A stretch of DNA of 64,000 nucleotides. Source: Leptospiraceae bacterium (GTDB lineage Bacteria > Spirochaetota > Leptospiria > Leptospirales > Leptonemataceae). The translations under genes were made by a program, and so were the position numbers. Location: contig JAVJNR010000002.1 in the NCBI GenBank assembly GCA_040217195.1, positions 64,001 to 128,000 of the forward strand. Direction: 5' to 3'. Under the pieces are notes generated by a model. It worked only from the letters and a program-made list of their open reading frames with translations. It did no database searches and was not told the DNA's origin. Below, one piece after another: positions 28,573 to 38,378 of the stretch (positions are counted from its first letter, which is position 1; the number at the start of each line of letters is the position of its first letter).

Positions 28573-29325
28573 ATGTCCCTGACGATTTTGCTTCTGACGG
28601 GCATAAAGGAAGAACTTCAGGGTCTTCTGGACCGCCATCCGTTTGAATTCGAAAAAGAGCTCAGAATCTATAGATCCAGAAAATATCGAGAGTTTTATGT
28701 AAGAACTACCGGACCAGGGGTTACGAAGCGCAAGGAAATCCAGAAGGTCCTGGAAGACATTGCTCCGGATGTAGTGATCAGTGCTGGAATAGCCGGGATT
28801 CTGGATGAAAAGGATTCTATCGAAACTGGACAGGTGCTGCGAATCGGTGAGGTCATCCGTCAGTCCAACCGGGTGACTTATCCCGGTGGTCCTGGACGGG
28901 ATCGATTGATTACCGTGAATCGACCTGTGCACGATATATTAGATAAACTGGATCTGGCCAACGAATATAAAGCCAGAGCCTGCGATATGGAATCAGCCAT
29001 ACTTCTGGATATGGTAGGAGCGCTGCCGGCTCTGGCACAAAAAACGTATATTGTACTTCTGAAAATTGCAGGTGATCGACCGGAAGACTCCTCTCTGTAC
29101 GAATATGAAAATCATACCTGGGGCTGGGATAAGAAAAGTGTCTGGCAGAAAATGATGACTGCTATGAAGTTTCCTGCGGGCCCCAGAGCTTGCATTCGAT
29201 TAATCCGCCATAAGCGCAAAGCTCTGGCTTCTCTGGTCAAAGAAATGGAACTACTTGCCTTCAAAATTGCAAAGGAGCAATCCATTCCACCTGGATTGAA
29301 ATCGGTTTTTATTCCGCATCGCTGA
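28573..29325 (+). CDS. Nucleoside phosphorylase/nucleosidase-like protein (PNP_UDP_1 fold, HpnG-like)
   Basis: TGPG, VISAGIAGIL, ACDMESA, KIAGD motifs. Confidence 0.75.
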   Translation: MSLTILLLTGIKEELQGLLDRHPFEFEKELRIYRSRKYREFYVRTTGPGVTKRKEIQKVLEDIAPDVVISAGIAGILDEKDSIETGQVLRIGEVIRQSNRVTYPGGPGRDRLITVNRPVHDILDKLDLANEYKARACDMESAILLDMVGALPALAQKTYIVLLKIAGDRPEDSSLYEYENHTWGWDKKSVWQKMMTAMKFPAGPRACIRLIRHKRKALASLVKEMELLAFKIAKEQSIPPGLKSVFIPHR

Positions 29326-29326
29326 T

Positions 29327-30895
29327 ATGATCTGGATCATCGTAATCTTGTTGGGTGGGGCGTTTGCTGGAGCAATGTACTACTTTCTGGTGTTTGACCG
29401 AAGTAGTGTTTTCGATCGCGCCCTGACTCTTGCGAGAGAAGGAGCCTATACAGATGCCCGCGGTTTGATTCGTTCCAGAATTGAAAGGGAACCGGATAAT
29501 CCGCGAGGTCATTTTGCCATGGCTCAGATCTATGCCATGGAAGGCGATGAGCACAACGAACTGGAGCATCTCCAGGAATTGCGCCGACTGGGTCGGCCCC
29601 TGGCCGAATATCCAAGACCCAGATTGCTAAATCGCATAGGAGAGATCTATTATCGCCAGGAAGATTTTGAATCCGCCTACGACGTTTATGGAGAATCCCT
29701 TACAGCAGCACCCAGAAATGAAGAAGCTCTGGCACATCTGGCATTTATGGCCATTGGACAGAGTGAATTTGAAATAGCGGAGAAGCATTTCAAGAAGCTC
29801 GTTGAGCTGGCTCCCCAATCGGCAGAGTATCGGATAGCAAGAGGCGTGGGGCTTTCCATGCTCAAGAAAAAAGAGGCATTGAAGGAACTGGAAGAAGGTC
29901 TGGACCTGGATCGATCCAATGACACTGCAAGATTCCTTTTGGCCATTGAAGCGTATCGCCAGGGAGAGCATAAAAAAGTCCTGGAGCAACTGGAAAAACT
30001 CAAGGATAACATTGATGATTCTGCAATTCGATATCTGATCTTTAAGATGGCAGCTGCCTCGTACTATATGGTGGGAAATAACGAACAATCCCTTTCCTCG
30101 GCCGAGAATTGTCTTCATCTGGCCCTGGAAGAAACCTGGGATAGAGAAGAATACGACGCAAGACTGGGAGTTGCCTATCTGAGTATGCTGATGGGGGATC
30201 TGGAAAAAGCCAATGAAAACCTGCTGGAGCTGGAGATTAGAAACCCTACCGATCAAACCGTAATGCGAGTATCGGACTTTCGCATGGACATGGAAGAAGG
30301 TGTGGCCAACATCCAGGAAACCAGTCCACGAGGGTTTGATTTTCAGAACCAGCTCAAAGAATGGGTGCGAAATAGAATTCATCCAGAGATTATTTTCCGG
30401 GTCAGCGGGCTACAGATGGATGAAGTTTTTGCAATTGGAGCGGGAAATGAAGGAGCGCGTCCGGCCAGACGTCAGAGTGCAGCCAGTGGCCCAGCCTTTG
30501 ACTCAGATGAGCTGATCGAGAAGTTCAACGAATTGCCTTCGGCTCAATTCGAGTCTACATGTAACAGTATTATTGCCAGCATGGGATTCAAAGTAGATAA
30601 GAATCTGCCCAATCGAAATCCGGATGGGCTCGATCTGGTGGCCTTCAATGTTGAAGATAAGAAGGACCGGGCTCTGTTCCAGTTCCGAAAATGGAGAAAT
30701 CAGCCAATATCAGATATCTTTCTAAGAAATATGCAGAATACCCTGAATGAACTTAAGGTTGGGCGTGGCTTTGTGGTTGCTGGAGCCAGACTTACCACAG
30801 GTGCAGAATCTGCGCTTCAGAACTTGAAGAAGATCCAGGTGATCAATGGCGACGATCTGGGAGCCGTTCTGGTAAATATTATGAAACCAGACTGA
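29327..30895 (+). CDS. Membrane-anchored TPR protein with C-terminal Mrr-like restriction endonuclease domain
   Basis: N-terminal TM, multiple TPRs, then FESTCNSIIASMGF..DGLDLVA..FQFRKW..GFVVAGARLT..INGDDL. Confidence 0.8.
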   Translation: MIWIIVILLGGAFAGAMYYFLVFDRSSVFDRALTLAREGAYTDARGLIRSRIEREPDNPRGHFAMAQIYAMEGDEHNELEHLQELRRLGRPLAEYPRPRLLNRIGEIYYRQEDFESAYDVYGESLTAAPRNEEALAHLAFMAIGQSEFEIAEKHFKKLVELAPQSAEYRIARGVGLSMLKKKEALKELEEGLDLDRSNDTARFLLAIEAYRQGEHKKVLEQLEKLKDNIDDSAIRYLIFKMAAASYYMVGNNEQSLSSAENCLHLALEETWDREEYDARLGVAYLSMLMGDLEKANENLLELEIRNPTDQTVMRVSDFRMDMEEGVANIQETSPRGFDFQNQLKEWVRNRIHPEIIFRVSGLQMDEVFAIGAGNEGARPARRQSAASGPAFDSDELIEKFNELPSAQFESTCNSIIASMGFKVDKNLPNRNPDGLDLVAFNVEDKKDRALFQFRKWRNQPISDIFLRNMQNTLNELKVGRGFVVAGARLTTGAESALQNLKKIQVINGDDLGAVLVNIMKPD

Positions 30896-30935
30896 GAGAC
30901 GGCGCACCATTCTTTAATCCAAACGTCCAATTTAT

Positions 30936-31556
30936 ATGAGGTGGATCTTGAGAAGTGAGATTATTCGATCTGTTTGTTTGATTCCTGTACTTCTGTTGTC
31001 TTCAGGTAACTGCGACGGCAAGACCGAGCGCCAGGGGCCGGATCCAGTGGTGGATCGAAAGGAAGAGAATCAGAGTCTGGTTCTGGAACGAAGAGCAGCG
31101 TTTGACACTTCCCGGCAGAAACTGGATATGAAGAAACTGCCCCAGCTGGATGCTGTGGATCGGCGCCTGAAATCACTGTTCAGGATGATTGATGAGCAGG
31201 ATTTAAGCGGTCTTGAGAAAATGGTCTATCCCGGCGAGGGAGTACATGTGGACCTTAAAGCGCATCGTACTGTGGAAGAGCTCCAGAAAGAGCTGGCCGA
31301 TCCGGACGGGTACTTTCAGAAATTCTATCTGGATTCGGACCTGTTAAAGGAAACTACCGGGGATCCGTCTCAGATGTCTTTGCATGAGTTGCTAAACAAG
31401 AATTCTAGAGTATTTGCCGAGTACTACCTGGAGCCCGGTGCCTCTCAAATCGAAGTAAGATTCTATCTTGGCAGCACACCGGAAGAGAGTTTCCGTATAA
31501 ACAATGCTGTGCTTATTCAAAGGGACGGTTCCTGGTACTTTCTTCAACTACTCTGA
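30936..31556 (+). CDS. Hypothetical lipoprotein
   Basis: Hydrophobic leader ending LLLSSGNC. Confidence 0.7.
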   Translation: MRWILRSEIIRSVCLIPVLLLSSGNCDGKTERQGPDPVVDRKEENQSLVLERRAAFDTSRQKLDMKKLPQLDAVDRRLKSLFRMIDEQDLSGLEKMVYPGEGVHVDLKAHRTVEELQKELADPDGYFQKFYLDSDLLKETTGDPSQMSLHELLNKNSRVFAEYYLEPGASQIEVRFYLGSTPEESFRINNAVLIQRDGSWYFLQLL

Positions 31557-31715
31557 CTCCCTCAGGTTCATAAGCCTTCTATTTTCTGGGCTTTGCGCTC
31601 AGCTAACTCATGGTCAGATTCTTAATGGCCGCCATGACCAGGTGGGTGCGGGGATTTCTGCTCGAAACTACTCCATCATGCAAAAAGACTTTCCTGTAAT
31701 CCCGGCTGCCTGAAC

Positions 31716-33554
31716 ATGAATCTGATGGAAGGATCCCGTAACCGGTATGTAGCAATTGCAATTGCAGCTATACTACTGGGCATTCTTACCTACCATTCCT
31801 TTCATTCCTTCATTGTCTGGGAGCAGCGCTACCAGACGGAATGCGTAAATCGAGACCTGTTGAACTGGGATGGCAACCTGAGATTTACATCCGTTCTGGA
31901 ATTCAACCGGGATATTCGAGATGGAAATCCGCTGCCTCCCATAATGGAGCTTTTGAAGTCCCCGACCTGGCCTCCACTGCGAAAGGCTATTTCTCTTCTA
32001 CTCTCATTTTTTAGCCCTGAACCCAGCCCTGTTGTTGACACGCATATAAGCACAGCATTCAGCCTGATGCTACTTCTTGCATTGCCCCTGGCGGGTTGGA
32101 TTATTCTTCGAAAAGAAGAAGGACTCTGGGCCGGTGCCGTGGCCGGACTAATTGTTCTGACGATGAATGAATTTCCCATCTATAGCTTCGCAGCCATGCT
32201 GGAAACTCAGGGAATGTTCTTTTTTCTTATGGCCTGTACGGCCTATTATCTAAATCGCGATGCAGGCTTTTCCAGTGGTCGAGGCAAGAAGCATATCCGG
32301 TGGGTAATCTTTGTTGGATTCTTTGGTCTATACATGACCAAGTATCCGTATGGGATTTTGCTGATTATCGCCATTCTGCTGGTTGAAGGCATTTCTTACA
32401 CCAGGCGATTTATTGAGCTATTTCGTCAGAATGTGCTGCCTCACTATTGGATTCGCTGGAACCTGGTCTTTCCTGTACTGGTGCTGGCAGCACTGGTTGT
32501 CTTCGTATTTCGTACCAAGCTAGGATTACCGGCGGAAGGTAAAGTATACAAACAGGTTCTTTATGGAACGTTGCTTCTTGCCTTTGTGGATCTGAATATC
32601 CATTGGTTCAGACATCGCTCCGTGATTCGCAAGACTCTTCTGGCCCATCAAATGAGACTGTATGCATGGGGTATTCTGCCCATCGCTATCTGGTTTCTAT
32701 CCAGTCCGGATCGATTCGGTGCATTTCTGGGCGCCGGTCTGCATGTGCAAGAACAGGGTCGAGTATTCGCCTGGAGTCTTCTGGTGGATACTCTAGAGGC
32801 TCCGGTCTTGATGCCATTCGTGGCCTTGCTACTTGCCATCGGTCTAATAGTCATCTCTCGGGGTCGACGAAACTGGCGGACCTGGGTGCGCGATCCTATG
32901 AATGCAGTGGTTCTGGTTATCACAGGGAATCTATTGCTTCTTGAAGTTCTGACGGCGAACAAACAGTTTCGTCATATCTATCATCTGGTGCCTGCCTTTG
33001 TGTTATTTGCTTTTCTGGTACTCTTTAAGCGATACAGACCGGGACATTCCAGACCTGGAATCGTTTCTGCCCGGGGAGCCGTGGGAGAAGCAGGTGGATT
33101 GCTGGCCTGTATACTGATTGCAGGATTGTTCGTAGTAATTCCAGGAAGCATGGGAGCGAATCCGGCCCGAGATTATCTATGCTTTTCTGGCACAGATTCG
33201 AAGCCCGTGGCTCCGGCCAGACGAGTGGCATCCCAGATACCGGAGAATAGCAAGATCGTAGTCTGGAATCGTTTCCATGAACTGGATTCGCCTGCTCCGG
33301 GCCGTTTACTGGCTTCTGAAATCGACCTGCTGATCAGGTATAGAACGGGAGCACGGGCCAGAAATGAATCTAACTATCGGATGGATAACTGGAATGATTT
33401 CAATTCATTCGCCTATATTTCTTACGACTGCAAAACCGGCATCATCGACTCTGTGGAGAGGCAGGTAGAGTCCAGACGAGACGTAGAACTGATTGTTGGC
33501 AATACCTACTTTGATCAGTCCGGTATTTGTCTGCAGCTCTTTCGAATTGAATAG
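31716..33554 (+). CDS. Polytopic membrane protein, probable GT-C glycosyltransferase
   Basis: WDG and TWPPL loop motifs, MLE, TKY, FRHIYHLVP; about 12 TM plus soluble C-terminus. Confidence 0.65.
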   Translation: MNLMEGSRNRYVAIAIAAILLGILTYHSFHSFIVWEQRYQTECVNRDLLNWDGNLRFTSVLEFNRDIRDGNPLPPIMELLKSPTWPPLRKAISLLLSFFSPEPSPVVDTHISTAFSLMLLLALPLAGWIILRKEEGLWAGAVAGLIVLTMNEFPIYSFAAMLETQGMFFFLMACTAYYLNRDAGFSSGRGKKHIRWVIFVGFFGLYMTKYPYGILLIIAILLVEGISYTRRFIELFRQNVLPHYWIRWNLVFPVLVLAALVVFVFRTKLGLPAEGKVYKQVLYGTLLLAFVDLNIHWFRHRSVIRKTLLAHQMRLYAWGILPIAIWFLSSPDRFGAFLGAGLHVQEQGRVFAWSLLVDTLEAPVLMPFVALLLAIGLIVISRGRRNWRTWVRDPMNAVVLVITGNLLLLEVLTANKQFRHIYHLVPAFVLFAFLVLFKRYRPGHSRPGIVSARGAVGEAGGLLACILIAGLFVVIPGSMGANPARDYLCFSGTDSKPVAPARRVASQIPENSKIVVWNRFHELDSPAPGRLLASEIDLLIRYRTGARARNESNYRMDNWNDFNSFAYISYDCKTGIIDSVERQVESRRDVELIVGNTYFDQSGICLQLFRIE

Positions 33555-33673
33555 TGCTTTAGTATCATTTCCAGGGACCGGTGCGGCCATTTGTCATTCG
33601 TTGTACTGGCCCAAATTGAACTGGCCTGGACTGTGAAGTGGTTCTAGAGAATGTTCAGCCCATAAGCTGAGGA

Positions 33674-35125
33674 TCAGGAAGGGGCCAGAAAGCGCTTAAA
33701 GACCACCATGTTTGTAGGTCCGATCTTTCGCTGTATCAGTTCTTTCAGTAGTTGTTCCTTATTGCTTTGTTTCATTTCTGATGGCGGCAAAGCCTCAAAT
33801 TCCTTTTTCGCATCTTGAGTCAAAGTATCCATCCTCTGTCGCATCACTTTGACCATGGCTCGAAGCAGACCCGGGTCCTCTTTATCTTCCTCGTTGCATG
33901 CCGGCAGAACTTGCTCTTTCCACCACTCGATTATTACAGCCTTCAAAAATTCCAGAGGAACGAAACGTTCCACAACGCGGCTCTGTGAACCCTTGATTCT
34001 GTGCATACTACCCGTGCTCAGCTCTTTCAGATATTTCTTGCTCAGCTGGAAAAAGGTCTGGGGCCCCAGATGAAAAAGAAAGGAGTTGCGGTAGTCTTGC
34101 TTTATTCCAGCGTTCAGGAGTGATATATCAGCGGCCAGACTGAAGAATATATGAAGGAAGGTTCGGTAATCGCTTTCTACCTTTTCCGGGGGCATGAAGC
34201 GCTTTCGTCTGGAATACTGAAGTACAAAGTCCGTACGGATAACATCCTGAACCGCGCCAAGATGAGTATCGATATAGATTACTTCGCCGAACTTCTTGCG
34301 TTCCTCTGCCAGAAGAGCCGGGTCAAAAACCAGCACATAGTAGACGGTACTATTCCATTTCTGCTTTCCGGTAGCCCTGAGCACATTGGGTGCTTCCGGT
34401 GGTAGTTCATTTAGTGATTTTTTCTCCGGGTGTCTGATGCTCAGATCATCCATTATTTCCAGAGCCGAATTATCCTTCTGCTGGCTATTTTCCTGTATAT
34501 GTCGATCCAGATCTTCTCTGAATGCTACCGAAAACTGATACACGAGGCCGGGACTGTAAGTGCCTATGCCGGCCAGATTTCTGGTATTTAGCGGATCCTG
34601 TTTGAACTGAACTACCCGACCCATCCGCTCCGAGAGGATGCGCATGGATTCTGTGTCGTAAATTGCAGGATCGATGCGATACTTGATGGCCTGTTCCCTG
34701 AGTTGTGACGTTGGTGCCAGCCGGGCTTTTTCAAGGAGGGAGCGAATCTTGCCCCACAGGCCCGAAGATTCCATGGCAAATCGTTTTAGATGCACTGCAG
34801 TGAGCAAGAATCTCACATAGGCCAGGCGATGCTCGGTCGGATCCGCTGAAAAGAAATTGTGAAAGTTCTTTTTTGCTTCTTGATCGGTGTGACTGGGACT
34901 GAGGTGCAAAATGCCCTCTCGAATAACCCCCTGCAGCTCCGTTAAGGAACGGTCCACATTCACCGATACGTCCTGCAGAGCCAGTCGTTCTTCCGGTGTA
35001 ATGATAGACGAGGAAAGGACCTGGCGCAAAATGCGGACATGAGTCTGCTGTCTTTCCAGAATGGGCATCAGGCCACCCTTGAAATCCCCAATTCGGTCCA
35101 GCTCTGTATTGGTGGTGGCCTGCAT
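33674..35125 (-). CDS. Hypothetical soluble protein
   Basis: 483 aa ORF, largely helical composition, no family recognised. Confidence 0.8.
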   Translation of the reverse strand: MQATTNTELDRIGDFKGGLMPILERQQTHVRILRQVLSSSIITPEERLALQDVSVNVDRSLTELQGVIREGILHLSPSHTDQEAKKNFHNFFSADPTEHRLAYVRFLLTAVHLKRFAMESSGLWGKIRSLLEKARLAPTSQLREQAIKYRIDPAIYDTESMRILSERMGRVVQFKQDPLNTRNLAGIGTYSPGLVYQFSVAFREDLDRHIQENSQQKDNSALEIMDDLSIRHPEKKSLNELPPEAPNVLRATGKQKWNSTVYYVLVFDPALLAEERKKFGEVIYIDTHLGAVQDVIRTDFVLQYSRRKRFMPPEKVESDYRTFLHIFFSLAADISLLNAGIKQDYRNSFLFHLGPQTFFQLSKKYLKELSTGSMHRIKGSQSRVVERFVPLEFLKAVIIEWWKEQVLPACNEEDKEDPGLLRAMVKVMRQRMDTLTQDAKKEFEALPPSEMKQSNKEQLLKELIQRKIGPTNMVVFKRFLAPS

Positions 35126-35225
35126 GTTCTTATGGTTTACCGGACGTTTTAAAATGCAAAAAAAATTCGGAAAACTGTTGTTTAAGGCAGGGGTTTCTGC
35201 ACTATTCTATCCGGAGGGAATTCTT

Positions 35226-36095
35226 ATGAGATTATCCATTAAAAAACTAGCCCTGCCCGTACTGATCGGGCTTCTAATTGGGGCTGCCTGTAGCAAAGGC
35301 GAAGAGAACGTCAAAGGTGGGGAAGATGCCCGCCCGGTGGCACGCATTACTTTTATGAGCGGTGACGTTCAGGTGAAAGTGGGCGATGCTATGTCAACTG
35401 CCGAAAAGGGTCAGATTCTGAAATCTGGATCTGAGATTACAACAGGCCCAGGAGCCAGTGCGGAGCTGTTCTTCAAAGATATGGGCATTGTCCGTGTAGG
35501 AGCAGATTCAGTTATCAGCGTAGATTCTGTGGCTGCGAATGAGGTAAACCTGGGTCTTAAATCAGGTAATGCCGGTATGTTTCTGAAAAAGATTCGGGCT
35601 GACGACGAGTTCAGTGTTCATACACCGACCTCTGTTGCGGCGGTTCGGGGAACAGCTTTTCTAGTTACTGTGGACAGCGAAGATCAATCCAGGATTGCAC
35701 TTTTTGACGGAGCCATTGAAGTGTCTGATCGCGATGGAAAGAGCATTGTGATGGACAAGAAGGGTGAAGTCACCGTTCGAAGCGGCGAAGGAATTGACGG
35801 ATCCGATATTCAGCCACTGAGCGAAGATGCTCTGGCCCGCATGAAGGACATGGCCGTTTTTGAAAAGAATCGGATTCTGGAATATAATACCTTCCTGGAA
35901 GAGCTGGAAGGTTCCGAATGGATGACTAACTTGCAGGTGGAAGCGTCTGTGGATGAAAGGATGGACAATCTGGACAACCAGGCGAACCGACCGGCAGACC
36001 GAGTTGTGAAAGCTCAACGAGCTGAAGAGAATGTAATTCGTCGGGATACCGAGGGAGATCCTCTGAAGATTCCTGCTAAGAAGGATTTCAAGTAA
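35226..36095 (+). CDS. FecR-domain lipoprotein (LipL45-like)
   Basis: Lipobox LIGAAC; ITFMSGDV, ITTG, VHTPTSVAAVRGTAF; GGAGG upstream. Confidence 0.85.
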   Translation: MRLSIKKLALPVLIGLLIGAACSKGEENVKGGEDARPVARITFMSGDVQVKVGDAMSTAEKGQILKSGSEITTGPGASAELFFKDMGIVRVGADSVISVDSVAANEVNLGLKSGNAGMFLKKIRADDEFSVHTPTSVAAVRGTAFLVTVDSEDQSRIALFDGAIEVSDRDGKSIVMDKKGEVTVRSGEGIDGSDIQPLSEDALARMKDMAVFEKNRILEYNTFLEELEGSEWMTNLQVEASVDERMDNLDNQANRPADRVVKAQRAEENVIRRDTEGDPLKIPAKKDFK

Positions 36096-36114
36096 TTCAG
36101 CTAATACTTCAAGA

Positions 36115-37239
36115 ATGATTGCATGTAGCTTTCGATGGGCTGGCCTCTGGTCAGCCCTTTTGCTTTCTATGACTCTTCTACAATGCGGCTCTGCCCGGAA
36201 CGAAGTAGAAGAAAAAAAGCCACTACCGGTGGCTCCCTCACCCATTGGCCTGGAAGAGAATGATATTACATTAGTCTTTGCAGGAGATACGAACTTCATC
36301 TGGGGTGTTGAGGATTTACAGAAAACTCGGGGCATGTTGTATCCTCTGGAAGAAGTGATGGAGATGCTGGAATCAGCGGATCTAACATCGGTGAACCTGG
36401 AAACCGCTGTAACGACCAGGGGAACTCCAATAAACGAAAAGAACTATGTATTCAATTCCAATCCATTGTTGGCCAGAGTTCTGGCCGACGTTGGTGTGGA
36501 CATGATTGTGCTGGGCAACAATCATTCTATGGATATGGGCGATGAAGGAATTCTTGATACTCTTCAATTTGCTCGCCGGAATGGCATCTTTGCACCAGGG
36601 GCTGGTAGTAATCTCCAGGAAGCTGCGGCTCCAGCCGTGGTGGAAATAAAGGGACTAAAGATAGGCTTCTTTTCAGGAAATGAAGTGGGTCCAGGTTCCA
36701 ATTATGCAACCAACCAGCGTTCTGGTACGGCGGGCATAGCCATGTTGCAATCCTCTCTGCGTAGCTGGTGTGGCCGACTGGATATGTGCATTGTTAATCT
36801 GCACTGGGGCATGGAGTATTCGCCTCATCCACTGCCGTCCCAGCGATCTACAGCGGAGACATTAATAAAATCCGGGGCTGATGCGATCATCGGTCATCAT
36901 CCGCATATTCCTCAGGGGGTTGAGATCATAGATGGAAAGCCAGTCTTCTATTCTGTAGGCAATTTCCTATTTGGGAGCGTCAACTTTAAACAAAACCACA
37001 ATCTAATAGTTCGCCTGGTTATCGATAAAGAAAAGAAGTCAGTGAAGCGATCCGAAGTGTATGCACTACACGGGATCTACCGGGAGAACGGACATCGAAT
37101 TCGGGTACTCAGCGGTACGGAAGCCCATGCTGTCTGGGAAGAAATCTTCGTTCAGTCCCGCGCACTGGGAAGCCGCTCCAATATTGCATTTTCAGACGAT
37201 ATGCGAGCCATGATTGTGTTTCCTCAGCCTCTGGACTAA
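36115..37239 (+). CDS. CapA/PgsA-family metallophosphatase-like lipoprotein
   Basis: FAGD, VNLET, GNNHSMD, LHWG, GHHPH, YSVGNF. Confidence 0.92.
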   Translation: MIACSFRWAGLWSALLLSMTLLQCGSARNEVEEKKPLPVAPSPIGLEENDITLVFAGDTNFIWGVEDLQKTRGMLYPLEEVMEMLESADLTSVNLETAVTTRGTPINEKNYVFNSNPLLARVLADVGVDMIVLGNNHSMDMGDEGILDTLQFARRNGIFAPGAGSNLQEAAAPAVVEIKGLKIGFFSGNEVGPGSNYATNQRSGTAGIAMLQSSLRSWCGRLDMCIVNLHWGMEYSPHPLPSQRSTAETLIKSGADAIIGHHPHIPQGVEIIDGKPVFYSVGNFLFGSVNFKQNHNLIVRLVIDKEKKSVKRSEVYALHGIYRENGHRIRVLSGTEAHAVWEEIFVQSRALGSRSNIAFSDDMRAMIVFPQPLD

Positions 37240-37284
37240 GCCTTTCGGGCCGGTGGGGTCAACAGGCGCCCCCTTGATCAATGA

Positions 37285-38364
37285 TTATTTCGGAGGGTCT
37301 ACAATTGGATCCTTGATCTCTGGCCACTTCTTATTCGTTATTTCCAGATTCTCCAGATAGCTCAGAAGATCTTTTTTTTCTTCTTCATCCAGTTGCCAGG
37401 ACTTGATATAAGGATCCGTGGGCTGGTTTTGTATTAACAGGCATTTGCCGTACGCCCGGTAGGCCTCCAGGTTCATCTCATTTTGAGGAATGATTTTCAG
37501 TAGCGGCACGGCCCGGTTGCATTCTCCGTATTCGCTGAAAACGATGGCTCGCATTCGGTACAGGCGGAAATCCCTCATACGCTGAGTTGTATCCAGGAGC
37601 TCTAGAAGCTTTTCTGGTTTGTCTGCCTTTCTAGCCAGGTCGATGAAGTTCATGAAAAAAGGTACATCGCTGCTTCCTGTCTTTTCTGCCAGAAGCATAC
37701 TTTCAAAGGCGGCCTCATAGTTCTGCTTCTCTCGATGGATCAGAGCACGCAGATAATAAGCATCTGAATAGTTGGGGCGAATACGGATTGCCTGTTCGAT
37801 TTGTTCCAGTGCCAGTTCCGGTTTTTCCATCCTGGAATATACATTGGCTGCATTGAATCTATATACTGAATGATAGGGATTGGCCTCAATGGCCGAAAGA
37901 AATGCATTCAGTGCTCGTTCATCGTTTCCTGCCTGGGAATGCAAGAACCCCAGGAAATTCCAGGCCGGGTCCAGAGCTGGACTTTGCTCTACTGCCTTTC
38001 TTGTGTGCACAATTGCCTGAGCCATTTGATTCCGATGAAAGAAATCCATACCTCGCAGATAGTTCGTTTCCGGCGCATCCGGAGAGAGCCGTTGCATTTG
38101 ATGCAGTAGGGGCCGAATCTGGCCATACTGGTTGGAGTAGTTTAGCAGGACTGCATGATTGTAAAGAGACCTCATCTGGATCCGCAATGAGGCTTTATCC
38201 AGTCCCTCTACGTTAAAGACATCGTCCGGCTTCTTTAGATTCGCTACCGGGTCCATTTCGCTGGATTCAGATTCTGCACCTAGCTCAGTAGCCGGGTAGG
38301 TCCAGGTCCAAACTGAAAGTAGAGCAATAATTGAAGTACAAACTACCTGGTGAGATTTTCGCAT
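37285..38364 (-). CDS. Secreted TPR protein
   Basis: Signal-like N-terminus; TPRs (AWNFLG, AYYLRA); start MRKSHQ with GGAGG. Confidence 0.85.
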   Translation of the reverse strand: MRKSHQVVCTSIIALLSVWTWTYPATELGAESESSEMDPVANLKKPDDVFNVEGLDKASLRIQMRSLYNHAVLLNYSNQYGQIRPLLHQMQRLSPDAPETNYLRGMDFFHRNQMAQAIVHTRKAVEQSPALDPAWNFLGFLHSQAGNDERALNAFLSAIEANPYHSVYRFNAANVYSRMEKPELALEQIEQAIRIRPNYSDAYYLRALIHREKQNYEAAFESMLLAEKTGSSDVPFFMNFIDLARKADKPEKLLELLDTTQRMRDFRLYRMRAIVFSEYGECNRAVPLLKIIPQNEMNLEAYRAYGKCLLIQNQPTDPYIKSWQLDEEEKKDLLSYLENLEITNKKWPEIKDPIVDPPK

Positions 38365-38378
38365 GCAGCCTCCAGGAC

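Noticed and set aside
29627..30382. Long antisense ORFs (also 766-1407, 8725-9363, 25281-25886, 35661-36335, 45811-46464, 48609-49256, 53912-54523)
   Set aside because: These are shadows of well-supported genes on the opposite strand, with no recognisable motifs.
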